A DNA stretch of 64,000 nucleotides from an uncultured Bacteriovoracaceae bacterium (GTDB lineage Bacteria; Bdellovibrionota; UBA2428). Shown here in pieces: positions 46,202-55,729 of this stretch (positions within the stretch are counted from its first letter, which is position 1; each line of letters starts with the position of its first letter). The stretch is taken from the NCBI GenBank assembly GCA_964407615.1, contig CAYOWH010000005.1:7121-71120 (forward strand). Reading direction: 5' to 3'. Made by a program: the position numbers and the translations under genes. The notes under the pieces were generated by a model. The model had not been told where the DNA came from and did no database searches. It saw only the letters and a program-made list of their open reading frames with translations.

Positions 46202-47914
46202 ATGAATCAACCTTACGGCAGCAAGTTAATAAGTTTTAATTCTTTTGATTTTATCGCCTTTAGGAAAAGCAATGATTGGAAACTTACTGCTCGAGTTAAG
46301 CTCGATGACAGACAGCTTTGTGATTATGAAATGCTTATTTCTGGCTCGTTTAGCCCTTTGAAAGGGTTTATGAACGAAGCGGAATATGTTTCTGTATTGG
46401 AAAATTTACATCTTCCCAATACAATGTTGTGGCCTATTCCAATTACACTTTCAATTTCTGAAAACGTATTGCCTACTTTAGAGGGTAAAAAGTATATCGT
46501 TCTGGAACATGCAGGTTTTACAGTTCCTTTTGCAGTTATGAAAATTGAAAGTATTTTTAAACTTAATAAAGAAAAGGAAAAGTTAAGTATCTTTGGAAGT
46601 AAAGATGCAAAACATCCTGCGATTAAATATCTTAATCAAACAGGTTCTTATGCTGTTGGTGGCGAAATCATAATGGCAAACGCTATTCCTCACTACGATT
46701 TTCCAGAAAACCGAAATACTCCCAAGCAGTTGCGGGAGTCTTTTGAAAAAATGGGTTGGAATAAAATTGTAGCTTTTCAAACTCGCAATCCCATGCACCG
46801 AGCGCACTTTGAATTAACTTTAAAAGCATCAGAAAAATCAGGCGCTAACATTCTTGTGAATCCTGTCGTAGGGCTCACAAAAGATGATGATATCGATCCT
46901 TTTACTAGGGTTCGATGTTATCATGCAGTTTTTGAAAATTATCCAAACGGAAAAGCAGCGCTTTCTTTGTTGCCATTAGCAATGCGAATGGCAGGTCCTA
47001 AAGAGGCGCTTCTTCATATGATTATTCGTAAAAACCTAGGCTGTACACATTTCATAGTGGGTCGTGATCATGCAGGTCCTGGAAAGGATTCAACGGGTAA
47101 GTCCTTTTATGGAGATTATGAAGCTCAAGAGTTTGCTATAAAATATAAAGATAAAATCGGAATCGAAATTATGCGATTCGATGAATTACTTTATTCAGGA
47201 AATCAAAGAAAATATTTAGAAAAAAGTGAAGTTAAGGATTCAGATGAGATTTTGAAGATTTCTGGAACAGAGTTTCGAGAAAGATTAAATATGGGAGAAG
47301 AGATTCCTTCTTGGTTTAGTTTTCCAAAAGTAACAGCTGAATTGCGTAAGAGTACAGTTCCTAGTTTTGAAAAAGGAATTTGCTTGTTTTTTACAGGATT
47401 TTCAGGTTCAGGAAAAACGACTCTTGCTCGTGCTATTGAGGAAAAATTGAAAGCAAAGAGTTCTCGTAAAATTAGCATCTTGGACGGCGATGATGTGCGA
47501 GAACATCTTTCGAAAGGATTAACGTTTTCTAAAGAAGATCGAGATGAAAATATTAGGCGTATTTCATATGTTGCAAGTCTTGTTGTGAAACATCAAGGAA
47601 TAGCTATTTGTTCACCAATTGCTCCCTATGAAAATGTTCGTCAGTATTCTCGAAAAATTATTAGTGAAGTGGGGCACTTTGTTCAGATTTACGTAAGTAC
47701 TTCAATTGAAACTTGCGAAAAGAGAGACCCCAAAGGATTATATCAAAAAGCAAGAGCGGGAGAAGTGAAGCACTTTACCGGGGTTGATGATCCCTATGAA
47801 GTTCCTTTAAATAGTGAACTCGAAATTGATACATCCAAAGCAAGTATTCAAGAGTGTGTTGATATGATTATTTCTTTTCTTAAAGAAAAGGGATATTTGC
47901 GTTTTGAAACTTGA
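46202..47914 (+). CDS. sat/cysC: Bifunctional sulfate adenylyltransferase (ATP sulfurylase) / adenylylsulfate (APS) kinase
   Basis: ATP-sulfurylase blocks QTRNPMHRAHFEL and HFIVGRDHAGPG. The C-terminal APS-kinase domain has P-loop GFSGSGKTTLA and LDGDDVR. Confidence 0.92.
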   Translation: MNQPYGSKLISFNSFDFIAFRKSNDWKLTARVKLDDRQLCDYEMLISGSFSPLKGFMNEAEYVSVLENLHLPNTMLWPIPITLSISENVLPTLEGKKYIVLEHAGFTVPFAVMKIESIFKLNKEKEKLSIFGSKDAKHPAIKYLNQTGSYAVGGEIIMANAIPHYDFPENRNTPKQLRESFEKMGWNKIVAFQTRNPMHRAHFELTLKASEKSGANILVNPVVGLTKDDDIDPFTRVRCYHAVFENYPNGKAALSLLPLAMRMAGPKEALLHMIIRKNLGCTHFIVGRDHAGPGKDSTGKSFYGDYEAQEFAIKYKDKIGIEIMRFDELLYSGNQRKYLEKSEVKDSDEILKISGTEFRERLNMGEEIPSWFSFPKVTAELRKSTVPSFEKGICLFFTGFSGSGKTTLARAIEEKLKAKSSRKISILDGDDVREHLSKGLTFSKEDRDENIRRISYVASLVVKHQGIAICSPIAPYENVRQYSRKIISEVGHFVQIYVSTSIETCEKRDPKGLYQKARAGEVKHFTGVDDPYEVPLNSELEIDTSKASIQECVDMIISFLKEKGYLRFET

Positions 47915-47945
47915 TTTAAGATTTTAGCGAGAGAGCGTTATTTGA

Positions 47946-48707
47946 ATGTCGTATCCAATTACTATCGAACAGCTCTGTGAAATTGCCCTAAATGCAGGAA
48001 AAGCGATCATGGAAGTCTATGAAGAAGTAAGCCTTTTTAACCTAAAAGAAGATTCTTCACCATTGACGAAAGCTGACTTGATTTCTCATGAAATAATATT
48101 GTCTCAATTGAAAGTAAAGGTTCAAAATATTCCAATTATTAGCGAAGAGGGTGAGATTCCTTCTTTTGAGGAAAGAAAAAATTGGAGTAAATTTTATCTT
48201 GTTGATGGATTGGATGGAACAAAAGAGTTCCTGAAGAAAACAGGAGATTTTACAGTTAATATTGCGCTTATATCAAATGGCATTCCTGTCCAAGGAGTTG
48301 TTTATGCTCCGGCTCTTAATAAGCTTTATTATGCAGAACACTCGCGTGGTTCTTTTAAAAAACAGCTCAATGATTCTGAGCAAAGAATTTTTTCAACAAA
48401 TAAGAAAAAGGGTGAAGCTTTAACAGTTGTTGCTAGTAAGTCTCATCGTAATGCAGAAACAAATGAGTTCATTAAAAAATTAAAAGTAGGTTCATTTTTG
48501 GAAGCAGGAAGTTCTTTGAAGTTTTGTTTACTGGCAGAGGGATTAGCAGATATTTACCCAAGACTTTCTCCAACGATGGAATGGGATGTTGCAGCTGGAG
48601 ATTGTATTTTTCGAAATTCAACTTTGCTTGGGTCAAGAGAGAGTTGCTTAACTTATAATAAAGCAGATTTAAAAAATGAATCTTTTATTATTGGAAGTGG
48701 ATTTTAA
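47946..48707 (+). CDS. cysQ: 3'(2'),5'-bisphosphate nucleotidase
   Basis: Inositol-monophosphatase fold motifs ISEE, VDGLDGTKEF and EWDVAAGD. Length is 253 aa. Confidence 0.85.
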   Translation: MSYPITIEQLCEIALNAGKAIMEVYEEVSLFNLKEDSSPLTKADLISHEIILSQLKVKVQNIPIISEEGEIPSFEERKNWSKFYLVDGLDGTKEFLKKTGDFTVNIALISNGIPVQGVVYAPALNKLYYAEHSRGSFKKQLNDSEQRIFSTNKKKGEALTVVASKSHRNAETNEFIKKLKVGSFLEAGSSLKFCLLAEGLADIYPRLSPTMEWDVAAGDCIFRNSTLLGSRESCLTYNKADLKNESFIIGSGF

Positions 48708-48710
48708 AAG

Positions 48711-50162
48711 TTACTTTCTTTTGTAAACTGTTTTCACCGAAGAAAAAAAACCATAGTCGCTTAGTGGGTCTTCTGATCCTAAGCCTGATAATCCTCTACC
48801 TCCGTAGGGAAGAGCGTCAACTCTTACAGATGGAGCTAAGTTAAGAGCGACTCCTCCAAAATCGAGCTCAGTTTCTGCTTTTTTTAGAGAGCTTTCATCA
48901 TTGGAATAAATTGCTGCTTGCAATCGGTGCGGTAGGTTATTTGCAAATTTTATAAAATCATCAACGGTTTTGATTTTGAATATATTCAATATGGGGGCAA
49001 AGATCTCTTCAGTCTTTAGTTTTTCAGAGGGGTCAAAAATAATTGTGGGAGGAATAAAGTTTGGAATCGTTTCTAGTTTTTTTTGAGAATAAATTTTTTT
49101 GCCATCATTTTTTTCTTTAAGGACAGTCCTTTCAATTTTTTCAAATGCTTCCTCGTCAATTATACCCGCGCAGAGTGTTTGTTCTTCATTGGCATTACCT
49201 GATGGAAAGTCCTCAACAATTTTTTTAAGTTCAGAAACTGCTTCATCAAAAATATCTTCTTGAATCAAAAGATTTTGTGCAGAAATACAACTTTGTCCTG
49301 CAAAAGAAAAGGCGCTCATAGCTATTTCTTTGATTGCTTTTCGAAGATCGTCGCCTTTTAAATTTTCTAGATAAACTGGAGCGGTTCCACCGAGTTCTAA
49401 GAGGAGAGGACCTTTGAATTTGTTTCTTATTTCCCAACCGACTTTTTCTGATCCCGTAAAAGAAACACAACTTATTCTTGGATCTTCGAGAAGTTTCCAA
49501 AAACTTTCATGAGTCATAGGAAGAAAAGCAATCATTCCTGCAGGAAGCTTTGCCGCATGAATCACGTCGACAAGAGCAAGGCTTGTGAGTTGGCATTTTT
49601 CGGAAGGTCTCCAAATCAAAGGTGTCCCAGCTAAAAGTGCAGGAGCAATTTTATGTAAACTTAAGTTATAGGGAAAATTGAAGGGTGTAACGCCCAACGC
49701 TATTCCTCGTGATTGGGTGTTTACGCGTCCGTGAAATAATCCCCGTCCCTCGGCTTCTCTTGGTAATTCAGAAATTAGTTTTTTTCCCACTTCAATTGTA
49801 GCCTTAATCGTATCCAGAGAACGCTCACATTCTAGTTGGGCAAGGCTTATGGGTTTTTGAATTTCCATTGAGAGGATTGAGGCCAAGTTATTGAAGTTCT
49901 TAGAGAATTCAGTTGAAATTCTTTCCAAACATTCAAGGCGCTCTTTTAAGGGAAAAAAGCCGTTTAGGACTTGTTGATAAGTGAGAAACATTCCCTCAAG
50001 GGTTTCATTTAAGGTTGCCTGATCCTGCTCTTTAAATGTGTCGAGGTAGCTGAGTTCCCAAGTTTCGTAGTTTTTGAGAAGAGGATTCCAAATCTTTTTG
50101 CTAATTGCATGGGAAAGGCTCAAATAATGTCCAAGTGTGTAAATGCCAAGACGCCGCGCCAT
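48711..50162 (-). CDS. NAD(P)-dependent aldehyde dehydrogenase family protein
   Basis: LELGG (catalytic Glu), FAGQSC (catalytic Cys), FTGS and EEIFAP blocks. Confidence 0.88.
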   Translation of the reverse strand: MARRLGIYTLGHYLSLSHAISKKIWNPLLKNYETWELSYLDTFKEQDQATLNETLEGMFLTYQQVLNGFFPLKERLECLERISTEFSKNFNNLASILSMEIQKPISLAQLECERSLDTIKATIEVGKKLISELPREAEGRGLFHGRVNTQSRGIALGVTPFNFPYNLSLHKIAPALLAGTPLIWRPSEKCQLTSLALVDVIHAAKLPAGMIAFLPMTHESFWKLLEDPRISCVSFTGSEKVGWEIRNKFKGPLLLELGGTAPVYLENLKGDDLRKAIKEIAMSAFSFAGQSCISAQNLLIQEDIFDEAVSELKKIVEDFPSGNANEEQTLCAGIIDEEAFEKIERTVLKEKNDGKKIYSQKKLETIPNFIPPTIIFDPSEKLKTEEIFAPILNIFKIKTVDDFIKFANNLPHRLQAAIYSNDESSLKKAETELDFGGVALNLAPSVRVDALPYGGRGLSGLGSEDPLSDYGFFSSVKTVYKRK

Positions 50163-50252
50163 CGTGTGTAGATTAATACTCCATAAAAGGCTAAGATGTA
50201 AGCGTTCAAGGGGATTATGGTGGTGGCCGGGTATCCCTAGGAATGGAGTAAA

Positions 50253-51137
50253 ATGATTGCACCAGATACCCTAGAAAAAACCATCGAAGCACTGTCCTCT
50301 TTTCTCAAAAAAGTTGAGGATCCCACAAAAGATGATTGGGATCCTATTGAATTGGGGATGTGGGTTTCAAAACTTGAATATCCCGCGCTCGATGTCAAAG
50401 CGCAAGTGATGGCTTTTAGGGAGTCGCTCAGGCCTGCACTTAAAGATTTTCCCAAAAATAAATCTATTCGTGAGCAGAGCGAATTTCTTTTGACTGTTTT
50501 TCGTGATGCTTTGGGCTTTCAAGGCGATACAAATAATTACTACAACGTAAAAAATTCTTTTATGAATGATGTGCTTGTGCGTCGTAAAGGGATTCCTATT
50601 ACATTGAGTCTTGTTTTTTTAGAGCTCTGTCGGGCAGTTGAACTCAAGGCTGCGGGAATAAGTTTTCCGGGACATTTTTTAGTAAAAGTTTTGGATCAAG
50701 ATAAGGGCGATAATAAATCCAATGATGAGTGGTTTGTAGATGCTTTTGACGGCGCCAAGATTTTGAGTCTCCAGGATTGCAAAGAGCGTCTAGAAACCTG
50801 GACGAAGGGTATGATTCCGTTTGGGCCTGAAGCTCTAAAGATTGCTCATCCACGTGACATCGTTTCGCGAATGTTACGAAATTTGCGTGCAATTTATTTT
50901 GAAAAAGAAGATCTTACTCGCTTGTATTGGGTTTTAACGGCACTGTCAGAATTATGTCCTGTGGAAAGAGTGGAAGCTTTGCGAGAGAGAGCTTTTTTAT
51001 TTGCACGCATGGGTCGATACCGAGCAGCGATTCAGGATTTGAGAACAGTCATTAAGTCGTCATCAAGCGTTCATAACAAAGATCACCTTGAAAAAATATT
51101 GCGATACTTCGAGCTTCAAAAAGAAGTAACGAATTAA
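50253..51137 (+). CDS. SirB1/YchA-like protein (transglutaminase-like plus TPR-like)
   Basis: NDVLVRRKGIPITLSLVFLELCRAVELKAAGISFPGHFLVK is the characteristic SirB1 N-terminal domain block. A TPR-like C-terminus follows. Confidence 0.7.
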   Translation: MIAPDTLEKTIEALSSFLKKVEDPTKDDWDPIELGMWVSKLEYPALDVKAQVMAFRESLRPALKDFPKNKSIREQSEFLLTVFRDALGFQGDTNNYYNVKNSFMNDVLVRRKGIPITLSLVFLELCRAVELKAAGISFPGHFLVKVLDQDKGDNKSNDEWFVDAFDGAKILSLQDCKERLETWTKGMIPFGPEALKIAHPRDIVSRMLRNLRAIYFEKEDLTRLYWVLTALSELCPVERVEALRERAFLFARMGRYRAAIQDLRTVIKSSSSVHNKDHLEKILRYFELQKEVTN

Positions 51138-51227
51138 TTTTTTGACTGCCAAAATTCTTTTCTGGTCAAAAATAAACACACGGATTGATTAAAGTTTTGT
51201 AAAGATCTCTACGAATAGAACTTAGCC

Positions 51228-53963
51228 GTGAAAAAGTTAGATCCCCGAGAGCTTAGAAAAAAGGTTGAAAGGGCTCCGTCAATTGATGATTTGGCTTATG
51301 AAGAGGAACCTTTTGATTTTAAAGATTTTTTTAAAAAATCATTTCGCAATAAAAAATTAGTTTTTTTTACGGCTTCGTTGATATACGTGGTGCTATCTTT
51401 TGTTTATTTATCCACGGGAACCATTTATGAAAAAAGAGTCTTGGCTAATTTCAATAGCTCAAGCAATAATCTTTTTTTTAAGTATCTGGATGCTGTTTCA
51501 GGTTCTCAGGAAGGAAAGGCTGCGGCAGAAGACCTTGTTTCTTTTTCAAATAAATCATTGACCAATTTAAAAACTGACGACTTTATAAAGTTTTGTTTTC
51601 AAGCAGCCTCAAATGATAAGGAGCTTGCAAAAATATTTGATCTAGATTTTTCTAGAAAGAAATCTTTAGATGAAAGTTCGAAAGTAAAAATTAAAGGTTT
51701 TTTTGAATCAAAAGCTGTGATTGGTCCTTTTGATAGAACCTTGGTTGATTTAAAAGCAAAGCCAGGTTTTCTCATTACATTTAAAAGTAAAGATTCTCTT
51801 AGCTTAGAAAAAGTGCCTGAAAAGATTTCTAAAATCATTAAAGAGTATCTCTCAATGATAAGTGAAAATGAAATGCTTTCAGGTAAAAAGTTGTTAGAAG
51901 AAAAACTAAACGATATTCAAAAAAAGTTAGAAGGAAAGACTCAAAAGAGATTTGAATTATCTCAGTCAATTCCTCTTGTTGATAAGTCCAGCGTGTATTC
52001 TCTTCAGTCACAGTTGCAGGCAACGAAGATAACAATAAGCGGAAATAAAGCTTTAGAGGATCAGTTTCAAGCAAGCCTTTCGGATATTGAAAAAAAAATA
52101 AGTACAATAGGAGATGTTGGCAATATCGAAAATGATCCAGTTGCTTTGAATCTTGAGCTTAAAAGCTTATCAAGCCAGAAGTCTCAACTTCAAAGTCAGG
52201 GATTGGAAAAAGAAAGTTTTCTTTATAAAAATATTGCTTCAAACTTAAGTAAAACATTGAAGGAGTTAGAGGAAAGTCAAAAGAACTTAGCTGTTAATCA
52301 GAAAAAAGATGAGTCTTTATTTTTTGAAGAGAAAGCCACAAATTTAAATAAGTTTTTAGACGAAATAAATAATTTAATTGCTAACAAATTAGAAAAATCT
52401 TTAGCTTCGGATTTAGAAAAATCACTAAGTATAAATTTTCCTGAAGAATCAAATCAAAGAACTGTTTCAACTCCACAAGCAGCTGTATTTAATCAAGAAA
52501 GTATTGAAGGGTTGATGTCACAGTTAGAGTCTTTAAAGAAGGTTATTGAAGGAAATAACTTCTTTGAGTCTAGGTTAGCTCAAAAAATAGCTGGTACTGA
52601 AAAGAGATTGTCATCTTTTAGGTCTAATCCTTTACAGCAAAAAGATGTTTCTGGTTATATCCAAGACATTTCAAATATGGCTTATTTAAAAAATCAACTC
52701 AAGTTGCAAGGGGTTGATGAAGATAGTGTGATTGCTAAAAGAATTACGGAGAATTTAAAAAAAGCAACAAAGGAATTGCAGGAAAAGAAAAATATATCCT
52801 TAAAAGATTTAAAGATTGGAGACATGTACGCCACAAATTTTGATGAGTCCTCAGTTTATTCTCAGAAAGTAAATCTTGAGAAATTAAAAAGTGACAATAA
52901 TTTTTACCAAGCGAAAATTGTAGAGTTAAACAAAGCAATTGATGAGTTGGGTTTTCTTTTAAACGATAAGGCAGAAAAAGAAAGACAAATCTCTGAATTG
53001 GATATTTTAATAAATAACGATCGTTCGAGTCTAGGGGTTCTAAACGAAGCTATTTCCAAAATGAAATTGAACGAGATCAAGGTTTCTAAGCGAATTGAAT
53101 TCTCATTTGAGCCGATGGAGGAGAAATCAGCTCTCAATCTTAAAAACTTTATAATACTATCTTTTTTAATTAGTTTTCTATGCGGTTTGTGTCTTTCGTA
53201 TTTTAAAGAGCTCTCATTTCCTTCACTCAAAACAATTGAATCTTTTGAGGATCTTGGTCTTGAAGTCTTAGGCGGGTTGCCTTCAACAAAAAATAATTTG
53301 TTACAAGAGGGATCTGTCCTCGACGGTGTAACGAATGCCAGCTATTTGCGGATGGGAATAAGTATTGAGAATATTATGTCTTCTTCCGATGGCAAGGTTA
53401 TTCTTTTAACTTCGAGCGATACTTCTTTAAAGTCTGCAACAATCGCGCTTAATCTTGGAGCTTTTTTTGGAAATACAGGAAAGAAAATTCTCATTTTGGA
53501 AACTGATCTTGTGAATAATTCTATTGCAAAAGTTACGGGTGCGCCTCTCAACGGTGGCATAAGTGAGCTTTACCTTCATAAAGAAAAAATTAACTTTTAT
53601 CCTTTTAGAGTGAGTGAAGGACTTGATGTACTTACAGGTGATCCGCTTTTGGTACCACCTGTTTACAGATTAGTTTCAAATAACTTTAAAACATTTCTCG
53701 AACAATTAAGCGTGCAATATGATTACGTCTTCTTGCATGTACGTCCATGTTTAGATTCTCCTGAAGCTTCGGACCTTTCTCGGTATGCAGACATGGGCAT
53801 TGTTTGTTGTGATACAGAAACAATTAATAAACCAATACTCGATAAACTCGATAAAGAAATGAATGGCTTCTTGTCAAAAAAAACTTGCCTGATTTTAGAA
53901 AATCCTAAGGACCTTGATGTCCATGTTGATGTAAAGCCAGAAATTCAAAAAGCTGCAGCTTGA
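51228..53963 (+). CDS. Polysaccharide co-polymerase (Wzz/GumC)-like protein with C-terminal BY-kinase-like domain carrying degenerate Walker motifs
   Basis: GTG start. TM1 is at about aa 45-62, followed by a periplasmic coiled-coil region of about 580 aa, then TM2 (FIILSFLISFLCGLCLSYF). The C-terminal 190 aa are collinear with CapB/Wzc ATPase domains (KVILLTSSDTSLKSATIALNLG...KKILILETDL...YDYVFLHVRP). Confidence 0.65.
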   Translation: MKKLDPRELRKKVERAPSIDDLAYEEEPFDFKDFFKKSFRNKKLVFFTASLIYVVLSFVYLSTGTIYEKRVLANFNSSSNNLFFKYLDAVSGSQEGKAAAEDLVSFSNKSLTNLKTDDFIKFCFQAASNDKELAKIFDLDFSRKKSLDESSKVKIKGFFESKAVIGPFDRTLVDLKAKPGFLITFKSKDSLSLEKVPEKISKIIKEYLSMISENEMLSGKKLLEEKLNDIQKKLEGKTQKRFELSQSIPLVDKSSVYSLQSQLQATKITISGNKALEDQFQASLSDIEKKISTIGDVGNIENDPVALNLELKSLSSQKSQLQSQGLEKESFLYKNIASNLSKTLKELEESQKNLAVNQKKDESLFFEEKATNLNKFLDEINNLIANKLEKSLASDLEKSLSINFPEESNQRTVSTPQAAVFNQESIEGLMSQLESLKKVIEGNNFFESRLAQKIAGTEKRLSSFRSNPLQQKDVSGYIQDISNMAYLKNQLKLQGVDEDSVIAKRITENLKKATKELQEKKNISLKDLKIGDMYATNFDESSVYSQKVNLEKLKSDNNFYQAKIVELNKAIDELGFLLNDKAEKERQISELDILINNDRSSLGVLNEAISKMKLNEIKVSKRIEFSFEPMEEKSALNLKNFIILSFLISFLCGLCLSYFKELSFPSLKTIESFEDLGLEVLGGLPSTKNNLLQEGSVLDGVTNASYLRMGISIENIMSSSDGKVILLTSSDTSLKSATIALNLGAFFGNTGKKILILETDLVNNSIAKVTGAPLNGGISELYLHKEKINFYPFRVSEGLDVLTGDPLLVPPVYRLVSNNFKTFLEQLSVQYDYVFLHVRPCLDSPEASDLSRYADMGIVCCDTETINKPILDKLDKEMNGFLSKKTCLILENPKDLDVHVDVKPEIQKAAA

Positions 53964-53992
53964 TACATTAAAAATAATTCATTTTTTGTGGT

Positions 53993-55612
53993 CTAATGAG
54001 GGTTCTGCTCGTTTTTAAGCTCTTCTTCAAATTTATATTTCTCAAGTTCTTCTTCTAATTCTTTAAGCTTTTTTTCTAATTCTTCTTGAGTCAGTTGAGC
54101 GTTATTCACAAAATAAATAGCCACAGCTTTCCAAAGTATAGGGGCGATTTTTGCCCAAAGGGGAAGACCCACAACCAGTCCGACAACTCTAGAATTTGTC
54201 ATGCGAACGCTCGTAATGCTGACGGGTCCGCTTCGTGAGGCTGCTTCGTCTGCTTTTTCAATCATTTCTTTGTATTTGGTAAAGCGTGGATCGCTTGCAA
54301 AAAGATTTCTTAACTCATTCCAAGTATTGATTGTTGTAAGGTCCGCATCTGCAGCAAACATGTGCAAGAATTCAGAGCCTGTGGCTCCGTCAGCAGCATA
54401 GGCCAGTAACTGACTTGCCTTTAGATCTAAAGGATCTTTGCTCTCTGCTATTTCACGAACTTTTTGAACGAGAGTGGCTCTTTCATCTAGTAAAATCATA
54501 TTTCGAAAAAACGAAGAAAAGCCAGGCCCCTTTTTTGCGATTATTTTCACAATTCCTTGAACAAGCGGAACAATCAAAGTTAAGTCGAGCGCTTGTCGAC
54601 TTGCAGTCGCAACAAGTTCTTGGCGGAGGCTTTTGCGAATGTGTGCTTCGCGAGCGTAAACATTTGTATCGTAAAATCTTTCAATTTCACCTTTTTCGGG
54701 ATTTCCTTCTTTGAGACTTGGGTATCGAACACCTTTTCTTTTACTCCATCCCACTTCTTTGAGAATAAAATGACGAGCCTCTTCCCAAAGTTTTTTTCTT
54801 TTTTCATAGGCAGGATTTGCGGGGATATTTTCGGTGGGGCTTGGTTCGCTATGAGTAGAAAACAAATCAAAACGATGTTCAAAATCAGAGTTCAGGTATC
54901 TGTTAGCAATTTCGTAGAGAGGGAAATTCCTACCGATGTTTTCTACCAACATAAAATTGTAAGTCTCAAGAATGTTATAAATAGCAGCAAGTTGATTAAG
55001 AACTTCTCTTTTTTGAATGATGTAATCATCGACGAGTATTTGATTGAGTTTGTTAATTTCTTTTCTAATTTTTGAATTGCTTCGTCTATCTCCGTCTTCA
55101 ATTTCGATAATTTCAAGAAATTTGTCTTTTAAATTTAAGATGTAAGTAGGGTCAAGCGTTTCGTTCTGGGCTTCAACTTGCTTTTGAAGATTGGAAATTT
55201 CTTGCATAGCTGCAACGACTTGCTCGTACTGACGATAGGAGATGGCCGCTCCATCGATCATTGACCGAGCTATGTTAACGGCAACTGTGAGCTTGTCATT
55301 CACGAGAGCATCTTCGAGTTCGGCTATGAGGTTTTTTCCGATTTGCACTTCACGAGGAATCGGGTCGCCTCTCCAGTTGCGAGCCCAGCGGTGAAGAGAG
55401 ATGTATCGGCTCATTTCTCCTGAGGGGAGAACTTCCTGAGTGACGATTTTTAGTGAGCTTAGCAATATTCGACAGCGAGAATTTTCAGGGTAATTGGGTC
55501 GTATTGCAAAGACAGGTTTTGAGAGACCCAAACTTATAAAGATAGTTAGAGAAACAATGTTAAACTGGAAAAACTTGAAAAAGGATATATATTTTTTCAT
55601 ATTAAAATTCAT
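53993..55612 (-). CDS. Hypothetical membrane/secreted protein (539 aa) with C-terminal TM and acidic coiled-coil tail
   Basis: N-terminal signal/anchor (FNIVSLTIFISLGLSKPVFA). A TM lies near the C-terminus (VVGLVVGLPLWAKIAPILWKAVAIYFV), followed by QEELEKKLKELEEELEKYKFEEELK. No family recognised. Confidence 0.45.
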   Translation of the reverse strand: MNFNMKKYISFFKFFQFNIVSLTIFISLGLSKPVFAIRPNYPENSRCRILLSSLKIVTQEVLPSGEMSRYISLHRWARNWRGDPIPREVQIGKNLIAELEDALVNDKLTVAVNIARSMIDGAAISYRQYEQVVAAMQEISNLQKQVEAQNETLDPTYILNLKDKFLEIIEIEDGDRRSNSKIRKEINKLNQILVDDYIIQKREVLNQLAAIYNILETYNFMLVENIGRNFPLYEIANRYLNSDFEHRFDLFSTHSEPSPTENIPANPAYEKRKKLWEEARHFILKEVGWSKRKGVRYPSLKEGNPEKGEIERFYDTNVYAREAHIRKSLRQELVATASRQALDLTLIVPLVQGIVKIIAKKGPGFSSFFRNMILLDERATLVQKVREIAESKDPLDLKASQLLAYAADGATGSEFLHMFAADADLTTINTWNELRNLFASDPRFTKYKEMIEKADEAASRSGPVSITSVRMTNSRVVGLVVGLPLWAKIAPILWKAVAIYFVNNAQLTQEELEKKLKELEEELEKYKFEEELKNEQNPH

Positions 55613-55729
55613 GAATAAAACCTGATTTAATAAATTCTAAAAATGGCTCTTTTCAGTCACGTTTTATAGCAGAAAGGAGCATTTTTCTCGACATTCCTGT
55701 AGGAACTCAACTATAGATAAATCAACTTT

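Noticed and set aside
54593-55075. 160-aa plus-strand ORF antisense to the 539-aa gene (plus 54415..54714 and 54580..54882)
   Set aside because: The composition is Phe/Ser/Asn-rich, typical of antisense AT-rich coding DNA. It is much shorter than the opposing ORF, which has coherent signal-peptide and TM features.
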